64,000 nt of DNA, from the NCBI GenBank assembly GCA_023267215.1, contig JAHFNS010000002.1:32149-96148 (forward strand). Direction: 5' to 3'. Of this stretch, positions 1 to 11,485 are shown one piece after another. Both the position numbers and the translations under genes were made by a program. This DNA is from Candidatus Nomurabacteria bacterium. GTDB taxonomy: Bacteria > Patescibacteriota > Minisyncoccia > Phycocordibacterales > UBA9973. The notes beneath the pieces are model-generated. The model was not told the origin of the DNA, did no database searches, and was given only the letters and a program-made list of their open reading frames with translations. Each line of letters begins with the position of its first letter. The stretch's first letter is position 1.

Positions 1-62
1 TTTCCAGGTTGATATGCGAGTTGCAAGAAAGTATTTAATTTGTGTTTTTTAAAAACTTTAAT

Positions 63-365
63 TTACATACTTCCTTCCATTTTTGGAGCATCTCCCTTCA
101 CACAAGATTCACAAACTCCATCTTTACACTTTCCACATTTACAACCAAAAATCATCATAATAGCCGAAATACCGACTAATACATAAACTATGGCTTCAAG
201 TACAGGGACAGAACCTAAAATCATATTAACAATGTTCCAACCTCCTGCTACGCCTAAAAGCATTCCTAAGCCTACTAAGCCCCAATTTATTCCTCCAATA
301 ACCACAAGAACTTTAGCAATGACAGCTCCTGTGCAACCTCCTTTTTTACAACAATTTTTACACAT
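63..365 (-). CDS. DUF378-family small membrane protein with Cys-rich C-terminal tail
   Basis: INWGLVGLGMLLG motif typical of DUF378 and two TM helices; C-terminal CKCGKCKDGVCESC cluster. Confidence 0.55.
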   Translation of the reverse strand: MCKNCCKKGGCTGAVIAKVLVVIGGINWGLVGLGMLLGVAGGWNIVNMILGSVPVLEAIVYVLVGISAIMMIFGCKCGKCKDGVCESCVKGDAPKMEGSM

Positions 366-457
366 AATATTAATAAAATTAATTTATAATATTTCCACTT
401 AAACGACATTTTAAGTGAAATCCAATGATAACTTAATAAGTATATCACACATACAAA

Positions 458-1657
458 CTAATCAAAGTAATTTTTCAATCTTGCGATTTTTTCATGCTGG
501 CGAAGTTTTTCATGTACTTTCGCTTCAATCTGACGAATGCGTTCACGAGTGACACCAAATTTTTCTCCAACATTTTCAAGTGTATGTTGTATACCATCAA
601 TTAATCCATATCTCATCTCCAAAATTTGTCTTTCTTTATCAGAGAGTTCATTTAAAACTTCACGAATCTGATCGGATAAAATACGCCTAGAAGATTCTTG
701 ATCTGGACGTAAAATTTTGTCATCAGGAATAAAATTTTCAAGAGTCGATTTGTCATCATCGTCCCCCACTGGCTGTTCTAAAGAAACAGTTTCTTGACTA
801 ATATTTTCTATAACATGAATTTTTTCAACGGGAATACCCATCTCTGTAGCTATTTCTTCTGCCAATGGTTCTCGTCCTAAATCTTGGCTAAGTTTTCTAT
901 ATGTTTGTTTATATTTTGAAATAGTCTCTACCATATGCACTGGAATACGAATAGTTCTACTTTGATCTGCAAGTGCTCTGGTGATAGATTGACGAATCCA
1001 CCAAGTGGCATAAGTAGAAAATTTATATCCTTTAGTCCAATCAAATTTTTCAACTGCTTTAAATAATCCCAAATTTCCTTCTTGAATCAAATCAAGAAGA
1101 CTTAAATTAGCACTTCGGCCCACATATTTTTTAGCAATAGAAACCACTAAACGTAAATTGGCGCGAGCTAATAGATTTTTAGCCTCTATATCACCCAACT
1201 CTATGCGTTTCGCTAAATCTTTTTCATCTACCGCATGAATGAGTGAATATTGACCTATTTCTTTTAAATACATTTGGATAGAATCATGAATAGTTGATTT
1301 GTTTAAGTCTTTATCTGAAAGTTCATTATCTAAATTAAGTAAATTTCCACCTTCTAACACATCTATACCAGCAACAGAAAATTTTTCATAAAGTTCATCT
1401 AAAAAGAAAATATTATTCTCAATATCTGGAAAAGTCTTTAATATCTCATCATACGTAATAAATCCTCTTTTTCGTCCTTTTTCTATAAGCTCATTAGATA
1501 AACGAGCAAAAACATCTGCTTTTTTTTCAGTTGTGGCTATTTTTTTTATAACTTTTTTTTCTATCTTCTTTATCTTTTTAACAATCTTCTTTTTCTTAAT
1601 TACCTTTTTTGTAACTTTTTTAGTTGTTTTTTTTATAGCTTTTTTTATTTTTTTCAT
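458..1657 (-). CDS. rpoD: RNA polymerase sigma-70 factor RpoD with Lys-rich N-terminal extension
   Basis: regions 2-4 ([19 protein letters not shown], helix-turn-helix at C-term); located downstream of dnaG (MMS operon order). Confidence 0.9.
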   Translation of the reverse strand: MKKIKKAIKKTTKKVTKKVIKKKKIVKKIKKIEKKVIKKIATTEKKADVFARLSNELIEKGRKRGFITYDEILKTFPDIENNIFFLDELYEKFSVAGIDVLEGGNLLNLDNELSDKDLNKSTIHDSIQMYLKEIGQYSLIHAVDEKDLAKRIELGDIEAKNLLARANLRLVVSIAKKYVGRSANLSLLDLIQEGNLGLFKAVEKFDWTKGYKFSTYATWWIRQSITRALADQSRTIRIPVHMVETISKYKQTYRKLSQDLGREPLAEEIATEMGIPVEKIHVIENISQETVSLEQPVGDDDDKSTLENFIPDDKILRPDQESSRRILSDQIREVLNELSDKERQILEMRYGLIDGIQHTLENVGEKFGVTRERIRQIEAKVHEKLRQHEKIARLKNYFD

Positions 1658-1701
1658 ATTTATTTTTACCGCTTTCTGCGGAACCCCGCCATAAACGATG
1701 A

Positions 1702-3480
1702 TTAACGACCACGATTATTTTTAATTTCTTCTCTTTTTTTATCTATTTCTTTTATCTTTTTTAAAATTTCTATTTCTTCTGTTTTATCTTTTATATTTTG
1801 AAGCTCTATGGTCTTTTTAAAACGTTCTTCATTTAGATAATCTTCTTCCAGATTTAATAACATTTCATTTATATCTTTTTGTAAATTTTCACTATTAAAA
1901 TAAAATCTTTCAGCCTCATAAATTAAATCTTCCTTTTTATCTTTATAAACTTCTTTTATTTTTTCTAATCTTTTAAAGATCAATTCTGGGTCTATTATTC
2001 TGTTTTGTATACCCTCTTGCCAAAAGGCTATACCTAAAAGTTTACGTATTATTGGATCTTTTCTTTCTCTTTTTTCAATATTTTCTTTGGCTATTTTTAT
2101 CTCTTCTGTTTCAGATTTTAATAATGATTCCACTTTCTTTAAATCCTCTAAAAGTGCTCCCTCAGTAATACTAGATTTATTACTAATAAGTTTAATAAAG
2201 TGGGATTTTTCTATAGAACTTTCAAGGGCGTCAACATATGGCAACACTTTTTCTTTTATTTCTCTCCCCGCTTTTCGTGTATCTTCTTTATAATTATTTA
2301 AAATTTTATCTAATAAAAATTCTACAATATGCTTAGAATTACGTATTACTAGACGCCATGCATCTGTTCCACTTTTAGCCTCGCCCATTTGACTATGGCC
2401 ACGGGAAATCAAATCTGCTGGATCAAAACCTAGAGGCATAGAAATGACTTTCACATCCATCCCAAAAGAAAGAGCGATCTTAGCAGCCCGCATTGATGCA
2501 TTAAAACCTGCTTTATCAGCATCAAAGGCCAAAAGTATATTGCCAGAAAGTCTACGTAATAAACCTAAATTTGAAACAACATTCTCTTTTGAAACAGTAG
2601 AATCGGCTAATGCTGTCCCAGAGGTCGCTACAGTATTTCTAAAACCTGATTGATGAGACAAAATAAGGTCCATTTGTCCTTCCACTAAAATAGAGAAATT
2701 ATTCTTGCGAATAGAATCTTTAGCTTTATCCAAACCATATAGAACAGCTGATTTACTAAAAATAGGCGTATCTGGGCTATTTAAGTACTTTGGAGCAACA
2801 GGCAAGGCCTGTTTTTTTAACAGGCCTTGCCTGTCGCTCTCTACTTCAAAAATTCTTCCAGAAAAAGCAATGATACGTCCACTTGAATCAGAAATAGGAA
2901 AGATTATTCTACCACGAAAACGATCATACATTCCTTTTTCTGTTTTTTTAGCGAGTCCTGCAAGTTCTATCTCCCCGTCTGTAAAATTTTTATTTCGAAG
3001 ATAAGTATAAAGCAAACGCCAATCATCTCTAATAAAACCAATCCTAAAATCTTTTATGCTTCCGTCTTTCAACCCTCTTTCTTTTAAATAAGCTAACACT
3101 TCTTTATTATCTACCAAATTCTTTTCAAAAAATTTCGTAGCTTCTTCCATGATTCTATATAATCTTTCTTTTTCTCCTTCTTTTTCTTTACTAAAAGTTG
3201 CAAGAGTAACTCCGGCACGTTCTGCTAAAATTTTTAAGGCGCCTTTAAAATCAAGCCCTTCAAATTCTTCCACAAAAGTAAAGATATCTCCTTTAGCTGC
3301 ACAGCCAAAACAATAGTAAGTGCCTCTATCTACCGACACAAAAAAGGACGGCGTTTTCTCGTTATGAAAGGGGCACCTGGCTTTGAAATTTGCACCCGCC
3401 CTGTCTAACTTTATGTAAGAAGAGACTACGTCTTCGATTGAAAGCCTCTCCTTAATTTGTTCTACTGGAGAGTTGTTCAT
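1702..3480 (-). CDS. dnaG: DNA primase DnaG
   Basis: N-terminal Zn-finger [11 protein letters not shown]...CFGC, TOPRIM EGQMDLI; Lys/Glu-rich C-terminus. Confidence 0.9.
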   Translation of the reverse strand: MNNSPVEQIKERLSIEDVVSSYIKLDRAGANFKARCPFHNEKTPSFFVSVDRGTYYCFGCAAKGDIFTFVEEFEGLDFKGALKILAERAGVTLATFSKEKEGEKERLYRIMEEATKFFEKNLVDNKEVLAYLKERGLKDGSIKDFRIGFIRDDWRLLYTYLRNKNFTDGEIELAGLAKKTEKGMYDRFRGRIIFPISDSSGRIIAFSGRIFEVESDRQGLLKKQALPVAPKYLNSPDTPIFSKSAVLYGLDKAKDSIRKNNFSILVEGQMDLILSHQSGFRNTVATSGTALADSTVSKENVVSNLGLLRRLSGNILLAFDADKAGFNASMRAAKIALSFGMDVKVISMPLGFDPADLISRGHSQMGEAKSGTDAWRLVIRNSKHIVEFLLDKILNNYKEDTRKAGREIKEKVLPYVDALESSIEKSHFIKLISNKSSITEGALLEDLKKVESLLKSETEEIKIAKENIEKRERKDPIIRKLLGIAFWQEGIQNRIIDPELIFKRLEKIKEVYKDKKEDLIYEAERFYFNSENLQKDINEMLLNLEEDYLNEERFKKTIELQNIKDKTEEIEILKKIKEIDKKREEIKNNRGR

Positions 3481-3486
3481 AAAGTT

Positions 3487-6400
3487 TTATTCCCCCTCTT
3501 CGGGAGAAGCTATTCTACTTTTAAATCCAGTTCCAGCCGGAATTAATCGTCCAATAATAACATTCTCTTTTAATCCTCTCAAAGAATCTATTCCGCCTTT
3601 GACTGCGTTTTCAATCAAAACACGGTTGGTATTTTGGAAGGAAGCAGCAGAGAGCCAACTCTTAGTACGAAGTGAAACTTCTGTAATACCGAGCACTATT
3701 ATTTCTGCTTTCGCTTCTTTTAAGTTTATTTTAACAACTCTATTATTTTCTTCAATAAAGGCTGTATTTTCAACAATGTCTCCAGCAGAGAAATTGGTTT
3801 CACCAGCATCTTTTATTTTTCTTCGTGAGAACATTTGACGAATAATTATCTCTGTATGTTTTCTGGAAATTGAAGCACTTTGAAGTTCATAAACTTTGTT
3901 TATTTCTCGAATTATATATTCTTCAACCAACTCTTTGCCTCCAAATTTGAATATTTCAGCAATATCAGCAGACCCATCTGTAAGCAATTCCCCTTTCTTT
4001 ACTTTTTGTCCTACCTTGACTATCGGAGTTCTTCTGAATTGCACTAAATATTCTATTTCGTTATCTTTTCCATCAACCTTACTATCAGAAAGTACTCTAA
4101 TTATTTTTTCTTTTCCATCTCTATCTTTTATTTCAAAAACTTCTCCGTCAGTTTCTGAAACTAAGGCTGGATTCTTAGGAATACGTCTTTCAAAAATTTC
4201 TTCAATACGAGGCAAACCAGTAGTGATATCTGTTCCTGCCACACCTCCAGCATGGAATGTTCGAAGAGTAAGCTGGGTACCTGGTTCACCGATAGCTTGA
4301 GCCGCGATAATACCGACAGCTTCTCCTAAATCAACTAGATGGTTTCTACCCAAATCTAATCCATAACACATTTGACAAATACCATGTGTAGTATGACAAG
4401 TTAGAGGAGAGCGAACAAATACTTCTTCAAAACCCATTCCTTCGATATTATAAGCTTCTTCTTTTGTAATTAAAAATCCTTTTTTATAAACAATTTTACC
4501 ATCTTTATCTTTCAAGTCAGCTGCCAATACTCGTCCACGAAGATTTTTAGAAAGAGGGATTTCAATTCCAGAAATATTTTCTCGAGTAACGATTTTTCCT
4601 TCTTTGGTACCACAATCTTCTTCTGTAATGACCACATCTTGTGCCACATCAACCAAACGACGTGTCAAATATCCGGCTTTAGCAGTATTTAAGGCAGTAT
4701 CTGATGCACCCTTACGAGCACCATGAGTCGTCACGAAATATTCTATAGGAGAGAGACCTTCATGATAAGAAGGAATAATTGGAAATTCTAATGTTCTACC
4801 TTGGTTGTTTTGAATAAGCCCTTTCATTCCCGTCATCTGAATTAGTTGCCCCATCGAACCTCTAGCCCCAGAAGTAAGTAAATCAAAAGCTGAACCATTT
4901 TTATCTAAAGACTGAGGTAATATTTTTTCTAACTCTTTTTTAGCTTGAGTCCAAATTTCAATAATCTTTTGATATCTTTCTTCTTCTGATAAAAGACCAT
5001 CACTCCATTCAGAAATTATTTTTTCTTCTTGTTTTTTACCTTCCTCAACTATTTTTGTTTTTTCTTTCGGTACTTTTATATTATCTAATCCCCAAGTCGT
5101 ACCGGAAATAGTTGAATAATAAAAACCGAAATTTTTTATCTTGTCTAAAATGGGAGGAGTTTTGTCCACTCCATAGTGCATGATTAATTCATCTACTAAA
5201 GATGATAATCTCTTAACATTCATTTCATCACTAACATAAGAAAAATCATTTGGTAAGATGCTATTAAAAAGTAGCTTACCAACAGAGGTGTCAAAAACCC
5301 CTTCATTGAATTTTTTATATTTATGAGAATCTGTGGCCAATACTTTTATTTTTGCCCTTAAAGATACAATGCCATATTCATAAGCTGTTATGGCTGTGTT
5401 GGGACTTGAAAAATATTTCCCTTCTCCTTCTTCTCCGTCGACAGATTTCGTCATCCAATAAGAACCAAGGACTATATCTCGGCTGGGATGCACTATTGGT
5501 TCTCCATTTTGAGGTTTTAATAAATTTTTATTAGCTGCCATTAATTCTTTCGCTTCAGATTGTGCTTCTTCTAAGAGAGGTAAATATACAGCCATCTGGT
5601 CTCCATCGAAGTCAGCATTAAATGCGGCACAAACAAGTGGATGCACTTGAATAGCATTTCCTTCAATCAAAATAGGATTGAAAGCTTGAATACCTAGACG
5701 ATGCAAAGTCGGTGCACGGTTCAAGAGAACATATTTCCCTTTTATCACTTCTTCAAGCATTGCCCAAACTTCTGGTGTACGTTCTTCAATAAGTTTATTT
5801 GCTCCACGAATATTAAAAGCAAGTTCTGCTTGTAAAATTTTTGAAATAACAAATGGTCTAAAAAGTTCAAGAGCCATATGTTTTGGCAAACCACATTGAT
5901 TGAGTTTGAGCTCAGGTCCAACAACAATGACAGAACGACCAGAATAGTCTACTCGTTTACCGAGTAAATTCTGACGGAATAAACCTTGCTTTGATTTTAA
6001 ATTATCTGAAAGAGATTTAAGTGGTCGTTTTTGAGATTGACTCATCGCTGCACTATCGTTTTGCTTAGCAATAGAGTTATCTATAAGAGCATCGACAGCT
6101 TCCTGGATTATTCTTTTTTCATTTCTTAAAATAACATCTGGCGCATTTATTTCCTTCAATTTTTTCAAACGGTTATTTCTATTGATTACTCGACGATAAA
6201 GATCATTTAAATCACTGGTAGCATGACGACCTCCATCGAGAGCAACCATCGGACGTAATACTGGAGGAATAACAGGAATAACTGTCAAAAACATCCATTC
6301 TGGTCTTATCCCGGCATAGGTCATAGCACGAATTAAAGAAAGTCTCTTTTGTAATTTTTCTTTTTCGACAATGCTTGTTTTTTCAAGCATTTTTTCAGTA

Positions 6401-7098
6401 TGATTTTTTAGTTTATTTAAATCTAAATTTTTAAAAATAGAATAAATAGCTTCTGCTCCGATATTAGCTTCAAAACAAGTTCCATATCTTAAAGAATAAT
6501 GATGAAAAGAAATTTCATTTAAAACTTTCCCTTCATAAATTTCTAAAATCTCTTTTTTAGTTTCTGAAAACAAATTTTTTAATTTTTCTCGAGTCTCATC
6601 ATCAGCTGCATTTTTTAATTTAGCTTTATATTCTTTTTCCAAATTTTGAGAAATGATATCTTTTTCATCTTCATGTACTTTGGTGACAATATAACCAGCG
6701 AAATAAATGACCTTCTCAAGATCAGAAACAGAAATATTAAGAAGGATACTCATCCTAGAAGGTACTCCACGTAAAAACCAAATGTGAGCAACAGGAGTTC
6801 CTAATTCAATGTGTCCCATTCTTTCTCGTCTCACTATGGAACGTGTCACTTCCACTCCACATTTTTCACAAATAATATCTTTGTAACGAATACGACGATA
6901 TTTTCCACAATAACATTCATAATCTTTCTCCGGTCCAAATATTTTTTCGTCAAAAAGACCTCCACGTTCAGATCTGCCAGTGCGATAATTTATTGTCTCA
7001 GGCTTAGTAACCTCTCCATAAGACCACTCTTTTATTTGCTCAGGAGATGCGAGTTTGAGCGAAATATAATCAAAATCAGTTTTATTTAAAGTTTTCAT
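3487..7098 (-). CDS. rpoC: DNA-directed RNA polymerase beta' subunit
   Basis: NADFDGDQMAVH-type catalytic motif (NADFDGDQMAVY), Zn-binding Cys clusters, full-length 1203 aa. Confidence 0.95.
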   Translation of the reverse strand: MKTLNKTDFDYISLKLASPEQIKEWSYGEVTKPETINYRTGRSERGGLFDEKIFGPEKDYECYCGKYRRIRYKDIICEKCGVEVTRSIVRRERMGHIELGTPVAHIWFLRGVPSRMSILLNISVSDLEKVIYFAGYIVTKVHEDEKDIISQNLEKEYKAKLKNAADDETREKLKNLFSETKKEILEIYEGKVLNEISFHHYSLRYGTCFEANIGAEAIYSIFKNLDLNKLKNHTEKMLEKTSIVEKEKLQKRLSLIRAMTYAGIRPEWMFLTVIPVIPPVLRPMVALDGGRHATSDLNDLYRRVINRNNRLKKLKEINAPDVILRNEKRIIQEAVDALIDNSIAKQNDSAAMSQSQKRPLKSLSDNLKSKQGLFRQNLLGKRVDYSGRSVIVVGPELKLNQCGLPKHMALELFRPFVISKILQAELAFNIRGANKLIEERTPEVWAMLEEVIKGKYVLLNRAPTLHRLGIQAFNPILIEGNAIQVHPLVCAAFNADFDGDQMAVYLPLLEEAQSEAKELMAANKNLLKPQNGEPIVHPSRDIVLGSYWMTKSVDGEEGEGKYFSSPNTAITAYEYGIVSLRAKIKVLATDSHKYKKFNEGVFDTSVGKLLFNSILPNDFSYVSDEMNVKRLSSLVDELIMHYGVDKTPPILDKIKNFGFYYSTISGTTWGLDNIKVPKEKTKIVEEGKKQEEKIISEWSDGLLSEEERYQKIIEIWTQAKKELEKILPQSLDKNGSAFDLLTSGARGSMGQLIQMTGMKGLIQNNQGRTLEFPIIPSYHEGLSPIEYFVTTHGARKGASDTALNTAKAGYLTRRLVDVAQDVVITEEDCGTKEGKIVTRENISGIEIPLSKNLRGRVLAADLKDKDGKIVYKKGFLITKEEAYNIEGMGFEEVFVRSPLTCHTTHGICQMCYGLDLGRNHLVDLGEAVGIIAAQAIGEPGTQLTLRTFHAGGVAGTDITTGLPRIEEIFERRIPKNPALVSETDGEVFEIKDRDGKEKIIRVLSDSKVDGKDNEIEYLVQFRRTPIVKVGQKVKKGELLTDGSADIAEIFKFGGKELVEEYIIREINKVYELQSASISRKHTEIIIRQMFSRRKIKDAGETNFSAGDIVENTAFIEENNRVVKINLKEAKAEIIVLGITEVSLRTKSWLSAASFQNTNRVLIENAVKGGIDSLRGLKENVIIGRLIPAGTGFKSRIASPEEGE

Positions 7099-10000
7099 TG
7101 TATTTTTTTAGATTTACATCAAGCGCAAGTCCTCGTAAATAATTAAGCAACACATTAAACGAAGCAGGAGAATTTGGTGGTCTAATGGTTTCGTTTTTAA
7201 TAATAGAATCAAATGTAGCAGATCGACCTAAAATATCATCAGATTTTATGGTTAACATTTCTCGTAATGTGTAAGCAGCCCCATAACCTTCGAGTGCCCA
7301 AACTTCCATTTCTCCGAATCTTTGTCCTCCACCTTGAGCCTTTCCACCCAAAGGTTGTTGAGTAATAAGAGAATAAGGACCTATCGAACGCATGTGTATC
7401 TTATCTTCCACCATATGATGAAGTTTCAACATATACATATAGCCAACAGCAATATCTTGATCAAAAGGTTCTCCCGTACGTCCGTCAAAAAGTTTTAATT
7501 TACCATTTTCTGGAAGACCAGCTTTTTTTAATTCCTCTTTTATTTCTTCATGACTTGCTCCTAAAAATGGAGGTACAATGGCTTGATATCCTAAAGTATT
7601 AGCCGCCATTCCAAGATGTAATTCTAAAATCTGACCCAAATTCATACGAGAAGGAACACCGAGAGGTGAAAGAATAATATCAACAGGTACACCATCTGCT
7701 CCGTAAGGCATATCTTCTTCTGGTAGAATTCTAGAGATAACTCCTTTATTTCCATGTCTTCCAGAAAGCTTATCTCCAACTGAAATATTTCTGACTTGAG
7801 CTACTTCAATAATAATTTTTTTGATAATTCCTGCTTCAAGGGTATGCCCTAAATCGCGAGAAAAAATCTTGACTCCTATCACACGTCCTCGTTTACCATG
7901 TTCCATTCGAAGAGATGTATCTTTAACATCTCTTGCTTTTTCAGCAAAAATTGAACGAAGAAGTCTTTCCTCTGGAGTAAGCTCAGTTTCACCTTTTGGA
8001 GTAATTTTACCAATTAAGATATCATTTTCTCTGACTTCTGCCCCAATACGAACAACGCCATCTTCATCTAAATCTTTTAATTTTAATTCTCCAACATTTG
8101 GTATATCTCGGGTAGTAATTTCTGGTCCTAGTTTTGTATCACGAACAGTGCAAACAAATTCCTCAACATAAATACTAGTAAATTTACTTTTTTTCACGAG
8201 TCTTTCAGAAATAATTATAGCGTCTTCATAGTTTAAACCAGACCAAGAAAGAAAAGCAATAAATACATTTTGGCCAATAGAAATTTGTCCATCTACTGTA
8301 CTTGTCGTATCTGCAAGTACATCACCTTTTTTTATTTTTTGTCCAACATTTACACTAGGACGTTGATGAAAAGCAGAAAAGTTATTATTTCTCAAAAAAT
8401 TAACGAGTTGGTATGTCTTTTCTTTTTCAGATTTCCCTTTAACTACTACTTTTTTTGAATCTAGGTAAGAAACAGCACCATCTTCTTCTGCAATTACCAT
8501 TCTGCCAGAATCTCTAGAGGCCAGAGCTTCGACACCAGTCGCTACTAATGGCGCTTCAGGAAGCACACAAGGCACAGCTTGTTTCTGCATGTTTGATCCC
8601 ATGAGTGCACGATTTGCATCATCATGTTCTAGGAAAGGAATCATAGAAGTAGCAATAGAGAAAGCCTGATTTGTAGCAACATCAATAAAATCAACTTGTT
8701 CTCGAGAGATCATTCCAGCCTGAGTTTTTATTCTAGCTGCTACTTTCTCTTCTGTTATTTTTCCATTTTCATCATAAGGAATACCTGCATGAGCAATATT
8801 ATATTTTTCTTCTTCAAGTGCATTTAAATATTGAACCTCTCCTGTTATTTTTCCATTTTTCACTTTGATATATGGAGTCTCTATGATTCCAAAATCATTT
8901 ATTTTTGCATAAGTGGAAAGATGTAAAATAAGTCCGATATTGGGACCTTCTGGGGTATGAATCGGACAAACTCTTCCATAGTGAGAAGGATGTACGTCTC
9001 GAACTTCGAGTCCTGCACGTTCACGAGTGAGTCCTCCCGGTCCTAATGCTGAGAGAGTACGCAAATGCTCCATTTCCGCTAAAGTATTTTCTTGAAGCAT
9101 AAATTGCGAAAGTTGGTTGGTAGTGAAAAATTCTTTAATTCGAGCTTGAAGAGGACGTTGATTAATTATATGAATAGGTAAAGCAGTATCAATATCTATA
9201 ATAGACATTCTGTCTTGAATATTTCTTTTGATTTGCATCATTCCTGTTCGTACTTTTTGTTGAAGCATTTCTCCGACAAATCTTACTCGTCTTTGCCCTA
9301 AGTGATCTATATCATCAGATTTAGCACCAACAGTATTGTTTAAAACAATTATATTAAGAACTACCGACATTAAATCTTCCTTAGAAATAGTTCTACGTTC
9401 AAGTTCCTTTTCATCTAAAGATTTTTCAAAACGTTTATTGAATCTATATCGTCCAACAGGAGAAAGATCATATCTCTCAGCGGTAAATAAAGAATTAATA
9501 AATTCTTTAGCATTTTCTGGAGTAGCCATATCTCCGTCTCTTAAACGTTTATATATTTCAATATAAGCATCATTTAATGTTTTGGCCACATCTTTAGCTA
9601 AACAAGTTTCGATGGTTTCTTTACAAAGAGAATTTTTTTCGAATGCTTTTAATATTGCCTCATTATTTTCATAACCCATAACACGTAAAAGTGCCGTCGC
9701 TGGAAATTTTCTCTTTTTATCTATTCTTATATATATTGCTCCGTCAGCTTCTGATTCTATCTCAATCCAAACTCCACGAGCTGGAATGATTTTAGCTCCA
9801 AAACATTTTTTGCCTTTATTTTCAGATTCAGTAAAAAATACCCCGAAAGAACGTGCAAGTTGTGGCACAATAATACGTTCTACACCATTAATGATGAAAG
9901 TCCCGTGATTTGTCATTAAAGGCAACTCAGACATAAAAATTTCTTGTTCTTTTATGGTGCCTAAAATTTTATTTTTTAACTTTACTCGAGTTTTCAAAAG

Positions 10001-10258
10001 TCCCTGATAGGATATTTTGTTTACTTTTGCTTCATTCTCTTCACAATTTGATTCACTAAGAGAAAAAGAAGTAAATTCAAGTTCGAATTTTTTCCCAGAG
10101 TAATCTATGATCGGAGAAAATTCCTTGAAAACTTCTTTGAGTCCTTCTTCAACCAGCCATTTGTAGGACTTGGTCTGAGCCTCGATTAAGTTTGGAAACT
10201 CAATCAACGGTTCTTTGTGTCTCGCAAAATACTTCTTCGGACGCTTTTCTGTTTGCAT
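7082..10258 (-). CDS. rpoB: DNA-directed RNA polymerase beta subunit
   Basis: conserved beta motifs throughout (e.g. GEMEVWALEGYGAAY at C-term); 17-nt overlap with rpoC. Confidence 0.95.
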   Translation of the reverse strand: MQTEKRPKKYFARHKEPLIEFPNLIEAQTKSYKWLVEEGLKEVFKEFSPIIDYSGKKFELEFTSFSLSESNCEENEAKVNKISYQGLLKTRVKLKNKILGTIKEQEIFMSELPLMTNHGTFIINGVERIIVPQLARSFGVFFTESENKGKKCFGAKIIPARGVWIEIESEADGAIYIRIDKKRKFPATALLRVMGYENNEAILKAFEKNSLCKETIETCLAKDVAKTLNDAYIEIYKRLRDGDMATPENAKEFINSLFTAERYDLSPVGRYRFNKRFEKSLDEKELERRTISKEDLMSVVLNIIVLNNTVGAKSDDIDHLGQRRVRFVGEMLQQKVRTGMMQIKRNIQDRMSIIDIDTALPIHIINQRPLQARIKEFFTTNQLSQFMLQENTLAEMEHLRTLSALGPGGLTRERAGLEVRDVHPSHYGRVCPIHTPEGPNIGLILHLSTYAKINDFGIIETPYIKVKNGKITGEVQYLNALEEEKYNIAHAGIPYDENGKITEEKVAARIKTQAGMISREQVDFIDVATNQAFSIATSMIPFLEHDDANRALMGSNMQKQAVPCVLPEAPLVATGVEALASRDSGRMVIAEEDGAVSYLDSKKVVVKGKSEKEKTYQLVNFLRNNNFSAFHQRPSVNVGQKIKKGDVLADTTSTVDGQISIGQNVFIAFLSWSGLNYEDAIIISERLVKKSKFTSIYVEEFVCTVRDTKLGPEITTRDIPNVGELKLKDLDEDGVVRIGAEVRENDILIGKITPKGETELTPEERLLRSIFAEKARDVKDTSLRMEHGKRGRVIGVKIFSRDLGHTLEAGIIKKIIIEVAQVRNISVGDKLSGRHGNKGVISRILPEEDMPYGADGVPVDIILSPLGVPSRMNLGQILELHLGMAANTLGYQAIVPPFLGASHEEIKEELKKAGLPENGKLKLFDGRTGEPFDQDIAVGYMYMLKLHHMVEDKIHMRSIGPYSLITQQPLGGKAQGGGQRFGEMEVWALEGYGAAYTLREMLTIKSDDILGRSATFDSIIKNETIRPPNSPASFNVLLNYLRGLALDVNLKKYNENFK

Positions 10259-10415
10259 GATAATTTTAGTCTAAACAAGACAAGAGAAACGAAAGAAAAA
10301 CAGACAAAAAATGCTTTTCTCTAGCTTCTTTTTAAATTATTTAGATATTTATGATTAAGTCCTATTAATACAAACTAGGAGATACATCCGAAACTCAATC
10401 AATCTCTTGTTTACT

Positions 10416-10465
10416 AGTATACCCCCACACCTATTTTTTGTCAACTAAACATCTAAATAGGTGGG
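10416..10465. terminator. GC-rich hairpin (ACCCCCACACCTATT..AATAGGTGGGGGT, about 14 bp stem) just downstream of NUDIX gene / upstream of rpoB
   Basis: inverted repeat read directly; GC-rich in AT-rich context; weak U-tract so terminator role uncertain. Confidence 0.3.
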
Positions 10466-10486
10466 GGTAAACTTATTTCTAACTTT

Positions 10487-10945
10487 TTATATATACCCCA
10501 TTTGTTCAAAAAATTCCTTACCACCAGGAATTTGTTTTACATTAACTAACTCTTCTTTAGAAAACCACCTAGCCTCAATTAAATCATCATCTAAATGCAA
10601 CTCTATATCATCAGCATTTTTGTCATCAATATGAACTTCAAATCTATTAAATTCCATTTTGCATAAAACTTTTTCACCTATATCTTCTAGTATCTTTTCA
10701 GCTACACCTTCACCAACTGTAGAAATTTGAATTTTACGATAATTAGTTATATCAATCCCAACTTCTTCTAGCACTTCTCTAGTAACAGCTTGCTCCATTG
10801 TTTCGCCTTCATCAATTCCTCCTCCTGGAATATGCCAAGAATCAGAATAAACACCACCTTTTTGAGGATCTTTTTTACCCATCAGAATTTTTCCATCTTT
10901 ACTAAAAATCAAAGCTGAAGCTATTTTTCTTTGAATTGTTCGCAT
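10487..10945 (-). CDS. NUDIX hydrolase
   Basis: Nudix box GGGIDEGETMEQAVTREVLEEVGI. Confidence 0.75.
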   Translation of the reverse strand: MRTIQRKIASALIFSKDGKILMGKKDPQKGGVYSDSWHIPGGGIDEGETMEQAVTREVLEEVGIDITNYRKIQISTVGEGVAEKILEDIGEKVLCKMEFNRFEVHIDDKNADDIELHLDDDLIEARWFSKEELVNVKQIPGGKEFFEQMGYI

Positions 10946-11035
10946 ATATTGAATAATATAACTAAATTTGACTTGTGAATAACTTCGCTTGCATAGATAT
11001 CTGATAATATGATACTATTTAAGTACAAATTGCCG

Positions 11036-11485
11036 TTAGGCACTCGAGGGCCCCGAAAGGGGTCCGTTTTCGTTTGTTTTTATAAGGTTAATAACCTTGT
11101 TTTCTATTTCTTTAAAATTATTTTCATTAATGCGAGCAACACGACGAATTAAACGCTTTCCACTTAATAATCTTAATTGAGATAAAATAACCATAGAAAT
11201 TTTTTCTTCAATTTCATTATTTTCATTTTTCATACGTAATACAAGTTTATGGTGGAAAGAATCATTCTTTTCTTTTGAAGTAAGTGGTAATCCCCAAAAC
11301 ATCCCCTTGTTGAACTTTCTAAAAACTAAAACGGGACGTTCATATTTTTCATTTTTACCATCTTGTTCAAAACCAACATTTTCTCCAAGCGAACACCACC
11401 ATATTTCTCTATCACGAAAAAGAATTTCTTTACCAGAATTTTCAATATCAGATTTTATACCATGCCATTTTAAATAATCTTTCAC
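11036..11485 (-). CDS. MazF/PemK (EndoA)-like toxin-fold protein, no adjacent antitoxin
   Basis: REIWWCSLGENVGFEQDGK..ERPVLVF aligns to [25 protein letters not shown] of EndoA/MazF; C-terminal SQLRLL..RL region matches too; overlaps trmD stop by 4 nt; GC hairpin (CCCCGAAAGGGG) inside 3' end. Confidence 0.5.
   Translation of the reverse strand: MKDYLKWHGIKSDIENSGKEILFRDREIWWCSLGENVGFEQDGKNEKYERPVLVFRKFNKGMFWGLPLTSKEKNDSFHHKLVLRMKNENNEIEEKISMVILSQLRLLSGKRLIRRVARINENNFKEIENKVINLIKTNENGPLSGPSSA

Noticed and set aside
190-402. 70-aa plus-strand ORF
   Set aside because: Antisense overlap with the DUF378 membrane protein gene; Pro/Thr-rich translation typical of a spurious frame.
3473-10258. Numerous 60-135-aa plus-strand ORFs inside rpoC/rpoB and other large genes
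   Set aside because: Antisense frames within strongly supported conserved genes, with low-complexity Ser/Phe/Ile-rich translations.
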